Positions 9,074-20,000 of a stretch of 20,000 nt of DNA are shown here, piece by piece. The position numbers and the translations under genes are program-made. Below the pieces are notes generated by a model. The model saw nothing but the letters and a program-made list of their open reading frames with translations, was not told the origin of the DNA and did no database searches. Location: NCBI GenBank assembly GCA_008632985.1, contig QPGO01000093.1, positions 300,384 to 320,383 on the forward strand, read 5' to 3'. The stretch's first letter is position 1, and every line of letters begins with the position of its first letter. The DNA is from Psammoneis japonica (taxonomy: Eukaryota).

Positions 9074-12000
9074 CTATGAGGTCTTGTCACTTGACCAATA
9101 GGAAATGACGCCATTTCAAGGTTATGGGATCTTTGAAGTCGATTTGCTGTGCCTTCCCATCTGCCACCATCTTCGGTAACTGATTTGAGAGCACGGCACT
9201 TTCACCAGTGGCGCGCCAGACTGTAATGTGTGAGAAAGTATTGCTCGGCCCTGGAACGGAAAGTTTGTGCTCGTCGTTTGTGGCCGAAGCGATTGTGGCC
9301 GACAATGCCGCCACTCTCTCACCCCACAATAAGCCATTCGCTGTCACCTCGACGGGATGGCCTTCCACGGCATCGTAATTCTCGCGCATTGTCTTCTGGT
9401 CCACATTATTGTGATGCGCCATAGTCACATGAGTATTCTTTATGAATCCAGGTCCCGAGAACATTTCTGCGCGTGATTCCTTTCTTTTCCTTCATCGCAT
9501 GCCACGAGAAAGCGGGAGATGGCGGATTCGCTCGATTCTGCACAACTCTTCAACAACTCATGTACCTCAGTAACATTGACGTCAACCGACACGATTTTGA
9601 TAAAGGGCCTACTAGGCTCTAAGGCACCTGCAGGCCATCCAGGCCTTGCATTCGTGATTTCACTTGGGCAACAAACGACTGTCTAGATTCTTCAGGGTCG
9701 ACACTTAGGCCGTCGAGCATTTCTTTGTGAGCACCAATTACCTTCCGCAGACGATCCTCGGTACGATCAATCTGTTCGTCTTGTTTGTTCTTTCCCGATT
9801 TCTTTTCCCATCCAACCTTATCCAACGATTCGGAAAGGAAAAGTGAGAACACGGACCGATGCAAAAACAGATTTCTGATGGCTGAATCATACCTGAACTT
9901 GCAGTGCTTCTATAAGAGCCGCTTCCAAATCAGGGGGCAAGGGCGGAAGACTCTTTTCAGCAAAGAAAGGAACTCTTATTGGCGGCATCGACGACATTGC
10001 CCCAGTTTTCTCCGTGCCCATTTTCAAAGCATCAACAAACTGATCCGCAGCTATTCTTCTATATAAACCAAAGAAACTCGCGACGATCATACATGCGTGT
10101 TTTGTTGCCCCATCAAGATTTCCGTTATGCGAACCTGCTGGTCGATCCAGTACTCTAGACATGCACACTGCTAGATAGTGTAGCGAGAATGGATAGTAGT
10201 TGACAATATCTCGGTCAAAAACCCCATTCTTCAATCTTGCCCCTGTGATAGCCGTTGTTTGCACCGCAACGTCATCTGGAAGAACAGCGACCGCGACCCC
10301 TGCTGACGTCGAGAAAGCATTCCCTATTGATATCCAGGCGGTAGGAGGCGAGTTTTATCGGCGACAATGACCGATGAGGGATCCATGTCCCTCTTCTGCT
10401 TGACATGTTGCCAGTACTTCTTATTCATTTTGTCACCTTCCAGAATTGATACCGTGCGTTTGGGCTCAGCACTATTTCCGTCATGCAAAGACGCCAGATC
10501 CGATGAAATGTGCTCAAGCTCTTGGTTCGTCTTGGAGTTACAGAGAGTGCTCTTTCCACTCCCTGGGATTGCCGGAAAATACATGAGCAGCCCTGGCCTT
10601 GTATCGGGTTGAGAAACAGCTTTCGATAGCGACCAAAGCCTTCTTAGAATTGCTTTCACGTCCTTGTTTTCCCTAAAGTCTTCTTGACTCTGGATACTGG
10701 GCATTATACCAGAAACTTCTAAGACTGCACAAGCATTTTTCCTCCATGATTGAGCTTTTCCATAAAGCATCGCGCGATCTTTGTCAGTTTGTTCCAAGAC
10801 TTTCATACTCGTCATGTCACAGTCCACGAGAACAACAAATATCGAGTCTCTGAACTTTTTCAATTGCTGACGAACAGACTTCACCCCCACCCCAACACTG
10901 CCACTGTATATAACTCCAGCACCTTGCGGGGCAATCGATATTATCAGTTCACCCTCAGATATCTTCCCAATGTCGTTACGCTGCCGTACCCCATCGAGTT
11001 CAACTGAGAGATAGCTCGCAAATCGATCAGCTGTTTCGCTTTCCCATGAAACCACAATGACGGCACCACGAAAGGCGGATGGGGTCTTCCTCTTCCCAGT
11101 AGTTTTGATATGGTTATTATCGTAGAGGTCCCGAAACCGTTCAAAATGGTCGAGATAGAACATTGCATTTAACTGCAACAAGTTCCCGTCGCTGTGCGTT
11201 TTCGATGCGCTTCCTTCCATATTATCATAGGCGTACAGAGCCCAAGAATGAAAGAACGGTTGCCACTTCTTCATCCCTCCTTGTGAGATTTCCCACTTTT
11301 TCAATAGATTTATCGCGAATTGGTCAAAGGCATCTGGACCACCGCTTTTCAAAACAGAGAGGCCGTTTCGGCACACAAACGTTCGAATCATGTATGGCAG
11401 GAACTTCATTTTGAGAATCAGCGTGTCATCTTCATTGGTCTTTCCACGTAGTTCAGTCTTTGGGATAGGCACACCCGCATCGCATCTTCCTGTGGCGGTG
11501 CTACTACTGTCTTCTGTCAAGAGCTCCAAACAGCACCCGCGAAACAAGGCCATTTCTCCTTCGTTTCTTCGTTTATGAAACTTTTGAAACGTGACATCCG
11601 AGTGAACTTGAACGATACAGAGCCATCGGCTACCCTGTGGCTCCACTTCTCGAAAGATTTTGTAAGCTACCGGGCCTCTCAAGCCATCAAGAGTGGAAAT
11701 CATTTTGGCTATCCTTTCTGACTCGTTGTCATGGCATTGCATCTGTTCAACCATGTCCGGTAGGTTCACGCGGTCCCCGTCCTTTTCTCCACTCCAACGC
11801 GCTACAGTCCGTCGTTGATCCTTTCCATCACTTTCAGCCAAGACTGTCCCCACAGCTTCCCTGAAATTTTCGTCGTTGAGTCGCTTCCCGCTTGGTGTGT
11901 CAACCAAGCATCTATCAAAGATATCACGTACGTTTGTAGTCAGCACGGGTGGCAACGTTTTGGATGGTGCTTCCTCTGCAGTGACAAGGTCAAATGATGG

Positions 12001-13032
12001 TGGTGTTTCTGGTGGCACACTGGCCAAAATCTGCATGGACGCACGCGCTAGACGGTTCATGGATTCGAGTTGTTGCTCACGTCCATCATTGCCATAGGCA
12101 ACGAATCGAATGACAATACCTTCCAAAATGTTTCCTTGAAAGTCAACATGAGGGTACATGCTGCAGACGTGCGAGTCAGCAGACTCAGAAAGCGCTCGAA
12201 TCGTACTATCTGCTAGCCCAGTTTCCCGAGTCGTATCATAGAGACGAAACAAGGCCTCGACACTGGATGATTCCGCAAACACCCACGAATCATTGTGAGG
12301 CAAACGAAACTTTTGAGCCAAGGCTACCACTTCTGATGTGGAATAGAAGCGCTCTGCTTGCTTGTCGGCAACAGCCGTCAATATTAAAAAATCCTTTTTG
12401 GGAATATCGCCGTGATGGCCCAAGATGCTCGTTACGAGTTCAAACGCGAGCGTCAACCGATTCTGCAAAATGTAGCTACTGCATTCCTGAAACGCTTGTT
12501 CGGCACTAGTTCCCTTTTCATTATACCACGCTCGAAAAAAATGTTGACGCAGAATAATTTCTCCCACGTGCGTAAATTGGTTTTCGGTTGCATTCTTGCT
12601 GTAAAAGCGCTGCCCTCCACTCCATAGCAAGAGCGATCCAGACTGTTTGAGAGAAACTTCGAGATAGCCATCGTTAGACGTGACTCTTTCCTTCATCCGT
12701 CTTCGAATATCCTGGTTGTTGCGGGTTTCGTTCTCAAACTTTGGGAGGAAAATAGCTTCGAGTCTGAGCTTTTGGAGTCGTGAAGGAGGCTGCATGTTGA
12801 CAATCGATGTTTCCTGAATGGAGGCAGTCAAGTTGTCGACTGAACTGCTGTTTTCAACGGATTCTTCGTCGTCTAGTTCTTCTACGTGTCGCTTACGACC
12901 GCTCTGTTGATTTGCAAGGGGTAGCGTTTCGTCCTGATGCGGGTTTCCGATCATGTTTTGACGACGGCGGCTCCAGAAGTATTCTGCGGCCATCGTCGTT
13001 CGTCCGCCGCCGCCTACCCGCGCAGTGTTCAT
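9074..13032 (-). CDS. RNL: Plant-type trifunctional tRNA ligase (adenylyltransferase/ligase + polynucleotide kinase + 2',3'-cyclic phosphodiesterase). Intron 9817..9892; apparent frameshifts at about 10353-10356, 9633-9636, 9485-9488 and 9114-9116
   Basis: Ligase motifs EVSLKQSGSL (K codon 12648-12646; plant KHSGS), FYSKN, AFELVTSILGHHG, FYST...KFRLPHN, QGNILEGIVIR and LKMKFLPYMIRTF. Kinase P-loop FPAIPGSGKSTLC at 10572-10549, then ADKN.P and PFSLHYLAVCMSRVL...HNGNLD. CPD 2H motifs HVTMAH and SHITVW. First in-frame ATG is at 13032. With the frameshifts corrected, the C-terminus reads PITLNGVISYWSSDKTS* (TAG 9076-9074). Confidence 0.88.
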
Positions 13033-13289
13033 GGATTTCCTATCGTTCTTGGGCTGGTAATCTTTTAGAAGGTCCTGCCGGCTTGCGAATGTTGAAGTAC
13101 AGAGACTAGTGCTACATATTATCCGTATATATTTATACGTATGTACGACCAATATGAGAAGTTGTGTAGAGAAGTGTCAACTCAAGGTGAAGTGATTTGA
13201 GTGAACCTCGGTTCCGTGTTCCTTGAAAGCGCGAACCATTCCGCTCACAAATTCGAGAGAATCCAAAAACAAACGAACATCACCCCATC
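13033..13289. promoter_or_regulatory. Probable short bidirectional promoter between the tRNA ligase (-) and the membrane protein gene (+)
   Basis: 257-bp gap between divergent ATGs, with an AT-rich patch tatatatttata at about 13126-13137. Confidence 0.45.
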
Positions 13290-14070
13290 ATGAAGCTCGA
13301 CTCCCTCCCCGCCACGGCCGCCTTTGGTATTCTATCCACTTTGACAGGCCCAGTCATTGTACAGTGGTAAGATTATGCGATCTTCCTTTGTTAGAGGATG
13401 AGACGAGCGCTCCAGTCGCACCGGCAGTTGAAAGAACGAGTTGGTCGTGTTTGAGATGTTCGTCGCTGACACTGGGGTTCTTTATCTTTTCAACAGGTTC
13501 ATGCTACCGGAGAGTGCACCGTTCTTACCCGATATGGCTTCTAGCGATAAAGCGGTCATGACGTTCGAAAGAACGTGCCACATCGGCAACATTTTGGCCC
13601 TTTCGCTGTTGATTGCCTATTACGTCATGGAGCAGCCAAAGCTCTTCAAGCAAGACCACTACGGCTACTTCTTGGTCGCGTTGTTGCTCCAGCACGTGAT
13701 TGAGCACTATCAGCACGAGACAGGGGGATCTACCACCGACAGCATTCTCAAAGAGAATCGCATTTGGACTACTTATGCTGTAGCTGTTTTTCACCTCTAC
13801 TGTCTTACTCACGGGGGATACCACAAGACCTACTTGCGCATGGCCGCTGAACCTTTCTTTGTCTACATGGCCTTGATTGGTAATATTATCGGCTTCCACG
13901 CGAGTTTCTCCACCAACTGGACGACCGGAACATACGTTGCCTTGCCAGGAGGCTGGCCGTACAATGTCCGCGTCGTCAATTTTTTTGCTTCCCTTGGACT
14001 CGTTGGTTTCCTCGTCAAGAAGTATTTCGACATTCACGGCGAACAGGCCAACAAGCTCAAGGCAGTTTAG
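13290..14070 (+). CDS. Uncharacterised polytopic membrane protein (about 6-7 hydrophobic helices, His-rich); 5' structure at 13365-13440 unresolved
   Basis: ORF 13441..14070 has several hydrophobic segments and strongly C-ending codons. The ATG at 13290 (context CATCATG) opens MKLDSLPATAAFGILSTLTGPVIVQW followed by GTAAGA/TAA. No clean GT-AG intron of normal size joins it in frame, so indel errors or an unusual intron are implied. Confidence 0.65.
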
Positions 14071-14516
14071 TCAGCTTCCTTGCACGTGAAAAGTGATGCA
14101 TGTCTCATTCTATTCTTCTTCCATGTTCCATCCATCCATGATTCATGATCTGTGATTGCGTATCAAGTGCATACTGATGAATTCTCCGAGGACTACATTC
14201 TTCAATCTATAGCATCGGCCAAAGGAGGTGGCTATACCGTACACAAGTACTTCTAGTAGTGAGCTGACCAGTTTCAAGTTATTCTCAAGAAGCAAACGAT
14301 CGTCTTCAAGCGAAGCTCTCCTCAATCCGTTGTGGGCTAGCGTGCTCTTGTAGATTGAATTCATAAAAATAACAAGGTATGTATAAAATATTATATTCAA
14401 TATGTCGTGATGTTGAAAATCGATGGTGCGAGCGATGGAGCCATGAGGCCATGAGCCATCATATGCCGACAGCCGATTGCTAGCCTAGCGTTGCACCATT
14501 AGCTGAGGACATTGTC

Positions 14517-16339
14517 ATGGCAGAGCCACTGTTTGCTGCTGCCTTTGCCGCTGGGTGTTGGAGGGAGGATCTATTTTATGGAGCGCTCAAGGAGCTTCTG
14601 AAGAGAATGACGATAATGATAAGTCGTCCTCGCCTCCTCATGTTATGATCGGTGTGTCATCTCTGTTGTATGGCACCGCCGCGCTTCCCGCTTCCGTTAT
14701 TGGAGCTTCACCAGGGCCTTCAATTCTATCGAGACTTCCCTACTGTCCTCCTTTACTTGTTGAGGTGCCAGAGCATGCAAAAGCTTCAGAAGCAACGAAT
14801 GAGAATGATTCAGGGGTGGCTCAGGAACGCGCTTCAGAGTCTGGAGCACCGCCAGAAGAGAAGCCAATGTCTCAAGTCGAAAGACGCTCTGAGCTGATTC
14901 GTCGGGCACGCGAGGAGAATCGGAAGTTGATGGCTTCCGTCAAACAGCAGCGTGCTGCAAGTAAGGTTGTTTCCCGGAGCAAGACACCAAGTGTTCCTTT
15001 GATGAATCGCTATTTTTCAACACTTGACGGAAGGCCCCTTTCTACTCCACTAGCAGAAGGCATGAGAAGAGCTCGAATTCTTCTTGTAGGTGCAGGTTTG
15101 GTCGCAACTATTTTTTCTTATCAATCACAAAAATCGCAGGAAATTAATGATCAGACGGCAAGCGACGGATCCGATCAACCGAAATGTTCTACCCGCAATG
15201 ATAGCGTTGCCGTAAAGGATTACGTCAAGGGTCATCCAGGGGGCACTGCAATACGACTCATGAATGAACCCCATAATGGAATCATCAAGAATACTGTTCC
15301 GTTTGTCTATGGAAATCCAAGCATATGCTCAAACGACACCTCGCAAGTCTTTTGGAGACTAGGACGGTCCCCTGATGAATGGAAGCAGCTGCCGATCACC
15401 AAAGATTGGTTGATACGTCCCTCTCACTCTGAAAAGGATGGATCGATAAGTTCAGAACCTTTTTTGGTTGTGGAATCGGATATATCCTTACCCTTCTGTG
15501 ATAATGGCTTGGACCACCAAAGTTTTCAACCCGGCACCTTGGAATCTACTCGCTTCATGTCTCGCGTCATTGAGACAGCAATTGGCGGGCGTGCTGATAC
15601 TTTTGGATCGATAGGCCCACTTGTTGTGTCTATCATTATAGGTTCGGAAGAACTTCTCTCTGAAACGAGACAAAATGAAATTTACGTTGATGGGCGTGCA
15701 GCTTTCGCAAAGCAGGTTGAAAATGTCTTGGAAGAACTGCGACGAACTAATTTAGATGAGGGGCTGCAGCCTGACTCCGATGGTAGTGATGCTGAAGTGG
15801 AAGCAGAGTCTGAAGGCGACAACGCTGCGATGACGCAATTTATGTCTTACTTTGATTTCGTCGGCGAGAAGATTCGACACGGCGGCGCCTCTGTTCTCAA
15901 AGTAGCATCAAAGTTGGTGGCTCGTGGAGATAACAAGATTGTTCATTTGTATACTGATAGTCAAGAGATTGCGGCATGGCTTTTGTTTACCATGCCTACA
16001 TGGACTGTTGTCTGGCACGACGTTTCCGAAAGGAACTTGGTGGATGCGGCATTTGAGCATGACGGCCTATCCGTTGTTTGTTGCAGCTCGGACGTGGCAA
16101 CCAGCATGGTTGTCACAGAATCGTTGCGGCAGGCAAACGGTGTTGATGGCGAGGTGCTGGCAATTTTCCAACACAGCTCGTCACAAGTCTCGCTCAAGTG
16201 GTTAGCGGGGGACGCATCATGCTTGTCTACAATCAGTGTTGAAAACTATCACGAAAGCCTATTTTCAGAGATTAAGCGGATGCTGAAAAGCGGGAAAACA
16301 CCGCATACAATCCAAGAGCTAATGAATGAGAGGGCATAG
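14517..16339 (+). CDS. Uncharacterised protein (about 600 aa) with hydrophobic N-terminal segments and a possible Rossmann/RCK-like C-terminal region; probable frameshift at 14553-14555
   Basis: 594-codon open frame 14555..16339. The ATG at 14517 (MAEPLFAAAFAAG) joins this frame if GGG at 14553-14555 is really GGGG; otherwise the first in-frame ATG is at about 14645. Hydrophobic segment ILLVGAGLVATIFSY. Confidence 0.7.
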
Positions 16340-16374
16340 CGAGTGGAATTCCAAACTATCCGTTATTGGAGATC

Positions 16375-19300
16375 TTATGCAGAAGCGCTGCTAGCTAAGG
16401 AAGGGTGCATCGAATCACCGTTGAAGCTCACGAAGCCATTAGAAGAGTGCTGACGGCGTCGCTGGGGTTTCGTCTTTGTGATGAGAGTGTAGTCGATGAT
16501 CTCTGGCTCGAATCGCTTTGAATGCCGTTCTGGGACCCATTTGCTCGGCCTCTCCCATGACCAACTCGGTGAAACAGTTTTCACGCTACCACTGTGTTTT
16601 CGCGCCGAATGCTCGCTCATGTTACCATCCCACTCTGTGTCCTTTATCCAACGCTTTGGTACCCGATGGATTCCGATCGCAAATACCTCCAGATCCCCAT
16701 CCTTAGTTACATGGACTCGCAAGAAATTTTTCCAATGACGGATACGCAATGACGAGAAGCCTTCGTTCGGCTGCGCTTTGAAGACATTGAGAGTCAGCGC
16801 GAGCCATGTACCAATGACATTTCCGGCGAAAGGAATCGCAAGGATGAAAAAATACAGACTCATCGCTGCCAGATACGCCAAGATTGTGCCGCGGTCAATC
16901 AGAAAGAATCGCCGTTTGTCGCTACGAAGCAAGCAGTCCATGCCTTTTGAACACAGGATCTTACACATGTCAGTATGCTTTTGCGCGATCGTGCCTGGTA
17001 AATCAAAGACGTCAAGGGTTGTCTCAATCAGCGGGACACGTTCATAAACCCAAGTTGTTGCATTGGCAACAAGACCATAGGCCTGTGCGTGCAACTGGCT
17101 TTTAAAATCCTGACTCAGTCCCTCATTTGCTGGCGGTATTGCGGAACTAAAAAAGTCTGAGAAGTGCTCCCTGTATTCGGCGTATAGCGAAGAGGCCAGG
17201 TCTATTGCATCATCCTTCTTTGGGCGTTTTATCTTTTTTGCAGTGGAAAGCACCTTTACGATTCCTTCTTGAATGCTCCATTCCGTCATGCATTCCACAA
17301 AGACAAGGCAAACCAATGCGGAACCGACATGGCTTACAGTGTGTGATAATCCCCAGAGCAGGCGCGTTGACGTCTTCAACTTGCTGTCGGTACACAAATA
17401 ATGCGCAATCGCCAGTCCGATTGTAAAGACCAATGAGATTTTTCCTGTGGCGAAGATTTCGATCATCAGACCAAGGACGGTCTTTGCAAGCCACATAATG
17501 AGGTAAAGAATGCTGTGCGACGAGTTGAATGAAAGGTAATCAGCTAGAAGTGCAGCGCAAGAGTAGGAGGATTGAGTGCGGACAGAGACATGTTTCGAGT
17601 AACGATGACCGAAGCATATGAAAAAGCTTACAGTAGATGCCACACAGAGGGAAGAAAGAAGAGGCAACACCGAAATAAATAGTTGCTCCAAACATGTCGA
17701 ACGCCCAGTTTCGCCATCGGAACTGTCAACGGGTGAAAAGCGGGGGTGAGAACATGTCAAACCAACGTCCACAAGGTCGAAACTGTATCGTACCTGCCAC
17801 ATGTTGAGCCATCCAAGACGATACGATGTCTTTTCATCTGGATAGGCGCAAACTCTTGTATAGCCATCTTGATCTTCCCCCACTCTGATGTTCTTTTCGT
17901 ATGTGTGGCTATCGAAAGAAATGGCTCGTCGCAGTGAGTTGCTGTTTGGACGATCTTAAGTTGAAAATTAGAGATACTTACGTTCCATGCAAGAAAGCAC
18001 CACCTCCCCCCGATACGATGAGCTGAGGAAGAGATTTGACTTGTGTGGCTCCGTCCTCTGATGATCGAGGACGCACTGGCACGTGTCGAGTGTAGTGATG
18101 GAGATCTCCTGCAAATCGCGCTCTTATTCTCCTACCGAGATGATGCTTCATCAACTCGCGTAGATAGCTCTCCGGTAAATCATCAGGGCCCCTTTTCTCG
18201 TCGGCACTCAAGACCCAGTGAGGCTCGTGTGTCAAAACGATGCATGAATCCGTGGGACCCATTTCATTGCTCACGACATTGACGAAAAAATTGAACTGAA
18301 GAAAGAACCGGGTCAGATGTGTCGGTGCCTCGCTTCTGCGTCGGGTTATCAATATCAAGATGTCGGTACTACACAACTTACTTGATTCAGGTCAATGTCG
18401 GCGGATAGTCCCAGGTCGAAAGCAAAGAGCCACCAACCATGAGTGAGCTTCAGTGCAAAATATGAACGCTTTTGGGGCATGAGCCAGCCTCCGAGCCAGT
18501 CTCGAGAAAGGATATAGCGGTTGTATGTTATAAGACCGTCAAACCTGATGCACCGCAGTTTCAGGAGATTCGTCAGGTGCCTGGGTTGGGTTGACGATTT
18601 CACGTTAAATGAGAAGAAAATGGACTTACCAGTCGTGATTTCCGGGGATGGCGAAAACGCTCGGCCCTTTATACAGCTTCAGAAGCTCATGCGCAGGTTG
18701 CTTCTTCGATACGTCCTTTTGAAAACAGTGCTTCCACCCTTTCACAGGAAGAGCGGGTTTTCTTACTGATATCTGTTCTCGTCGAAATGAAGGGGGAGGG
18801 GACATAGCGTCCTCAAAGGTGCGAAAGAATCTCTTCTCGTAGCTATTGCAAGAGATGGGGGTAGAGTTTAGATCAAGCCGAAATTCAAAGTAGGACAGTT
18901 AAATCATCATAACCTTTGTCCATAGAAAAGCTCACCTTTCTTCATTCGGATGCGGATAAGCTAAGTCGCCCCCGATCACCAAGAATTGTCCTCTTGGCAA
19001 CACTCTTGCTGGCGTACGTCGCGATTTGACGTAAAGCTTGGGTTGTGCCAGCATTCTAGCCACTTGGTAAGAGGAGTCGAACCCATCCCCACAATCAGCT
19101 ACAAAGTCGAACCACATCTCCTGTTTGTCCTCCAGTGATGAATCTTCGTTGCATTCGACGCTCGGTCGACAGTCAAACAAGGACCCTGGAGGGTAATTGC
19201 TTGGGTCGAACCTTCTGGGAGAAGAGGTTTCAGTTTCGCCTTCAATATGGCTCTCTGACCTTTCGACCACTGCTGGTTGCATAAGACTTCTTGCATCGAA

Positions 19301-20000
19301 TCTCCCTAAAAACACTTTCAACTCAATCAATGTATCAAAGACGGTATGAACTAGCAGAATCGAGTACCACGACACCTGTGTAAATACGGATGTAGTGTTA
19401 GAAGTCCATGTCGAGAAAGTCACAAAATACAAATTGCAGCAACGGGTTTGTTTACCATTGGCATAGTTCCTTCTGGTCTTTCAAGTGTTTCATCCTCTGT
19501 AGACTTCTCTTCAGAAAGGTCGTCGTCTTCATTCGAGTAGACGGACGACGAATCTTCAATGAACTCTGTACTATCTTCACGATCCGAGAGGTATCCACTA
19601 ACTCCAGTTCGTGATATTACATCTTGATGACCATTGAGATCCATCAATGAGCCAACACTTGGGTGACTTGGTAGAGAAGCTGGTTTTTGTATCAAATTCT
19701 TTCCACCGAATTCATCCAGAAAGTGAACAGCTAGAATTACAAGCACGAATGCTCCCCAAACACACCAAATGTATGACTCGTGAACACCATGGCCACCATC
19801 CGTTTCTTGGTGATCCATCAAGCCACCAAATGTCAGCGGAGAAAATAATACCCGACAGACAGCCCCAGCACCATCTTCGACCTCTACCTTAAAGGCCGAC
19901 ATGTCACTTGACCAGCAATGTGCAAACAAGAAACAGACACCGGCAGAACACAGAGCAGAAGTCCGTACAAGTTTACGAAAGGGTCGTTGAAATGCAACCA
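16375..20000 (-). CDS. Membrane-bound calcineurin-like metallophosphoesterase (plant At4g11800/At4g23000-type); 5' end outside window. Exons >20000..19456, 19375..18936, 18842..18630, 18544..18382, 18295..17982, 17908..17794, 17722..17632, 17543..16375
   Basis: Motifs WFDFVADCGDGFDSSYQVARMLAQP, LPRGQFLVIGGDLAYP, AIPGNHD|WFDGL, GGWLMPQKRSYFALKL, THEPHW, AGDLHHYTRH, LIVSGGGGAFLHGT|HT, FRWRNWAFD and NEGFSSLRIRHWKNFLR. Seven GT-AG introns keep the frame: 19376-19455, 18843-18935, 18545-18629, 18296-18381, 17909-17981, 17723-17793, 17544-17631. Confidence 0.92.

Noticed and set aside
13033..13152. N-terminal 40 aa of ORF 10324..13152
   Set aside because: Begins at a non-ATG codon in an AT-rich intergenic region; the first ATG is at 13032.
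13525..14037. 170-aa antisense ORF, and similar shadow ORFs at 5770-6294, 7139-7618, 7759-8130 and 8024-8407
   Set aside because: These lie opposite well-supported genes with biased codon usage and have no motifs.
13441..14070. Microbial rhodopsin or heliorhodopsin identity for the membrane protein
   Set aside because: No retinal-binding Lys motif (DxxxK or SxxxK) in the middle of the last helix, and no RYxxW-like helix C motif.
14143..14400. 85-aa minus-strand ORF in the intergenic gap
   Set aside because: Short, with a non-ATG start, no recognisable motif and an AT-rich 5' part; not supportable as a gene.
1..20000. Prokaryotic operon, defence system, CRISPR array or transposon
   Set aside because: Genes contain spliceosomal introns. 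I saw no repeat-spacer array, transposase/RT/integrase motifs or long terminal repeats.

Overview
Gene-dense eukaryotic nuclear DNA with roughly 48% GC, short GT-AG introns of 71-111 bp and intergenic gaps of 35-450 bp. The organism looks diatom/stramenopile-like, which is an inference from style and gene content. I reconstructed seven protein-coding genes by hand-splicing: (1) a 5'-truncated astacin metalloprotease fused to a Cys-rich module and HYR/Ig-like repeats (+); (2) an 8-exon neutral ceramidase (-); (3) a type II membrane protein fusing a degenerate UDP-glucuronate-4-epimerase-like SDR domain to a DUF616 (TOD1/MUCI70) glycosyltransferase-like domain (+); (4) a plant-type trifunctional tRNA ligase with ligase, kinase and 2H cyclic phosphodiesterase domains (-); (5) a His-rich polytopic membrane protein (+); (6) an uncharacterised protein (+); (7) a 5'-truncated membrane-bound calcineurin-like metallophosphoesterase of the plant At4g11800 type (-). 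At least six single-base frameshifts, mostly at short homopolymer runs, interrupt genes between about 7.3 and 14.6 kb and are most likely assembly errors. I saw no rRNA, tRNA, CRISPR array or mobile element. Family assignments come from motifs recognised by eye, not from database searches.
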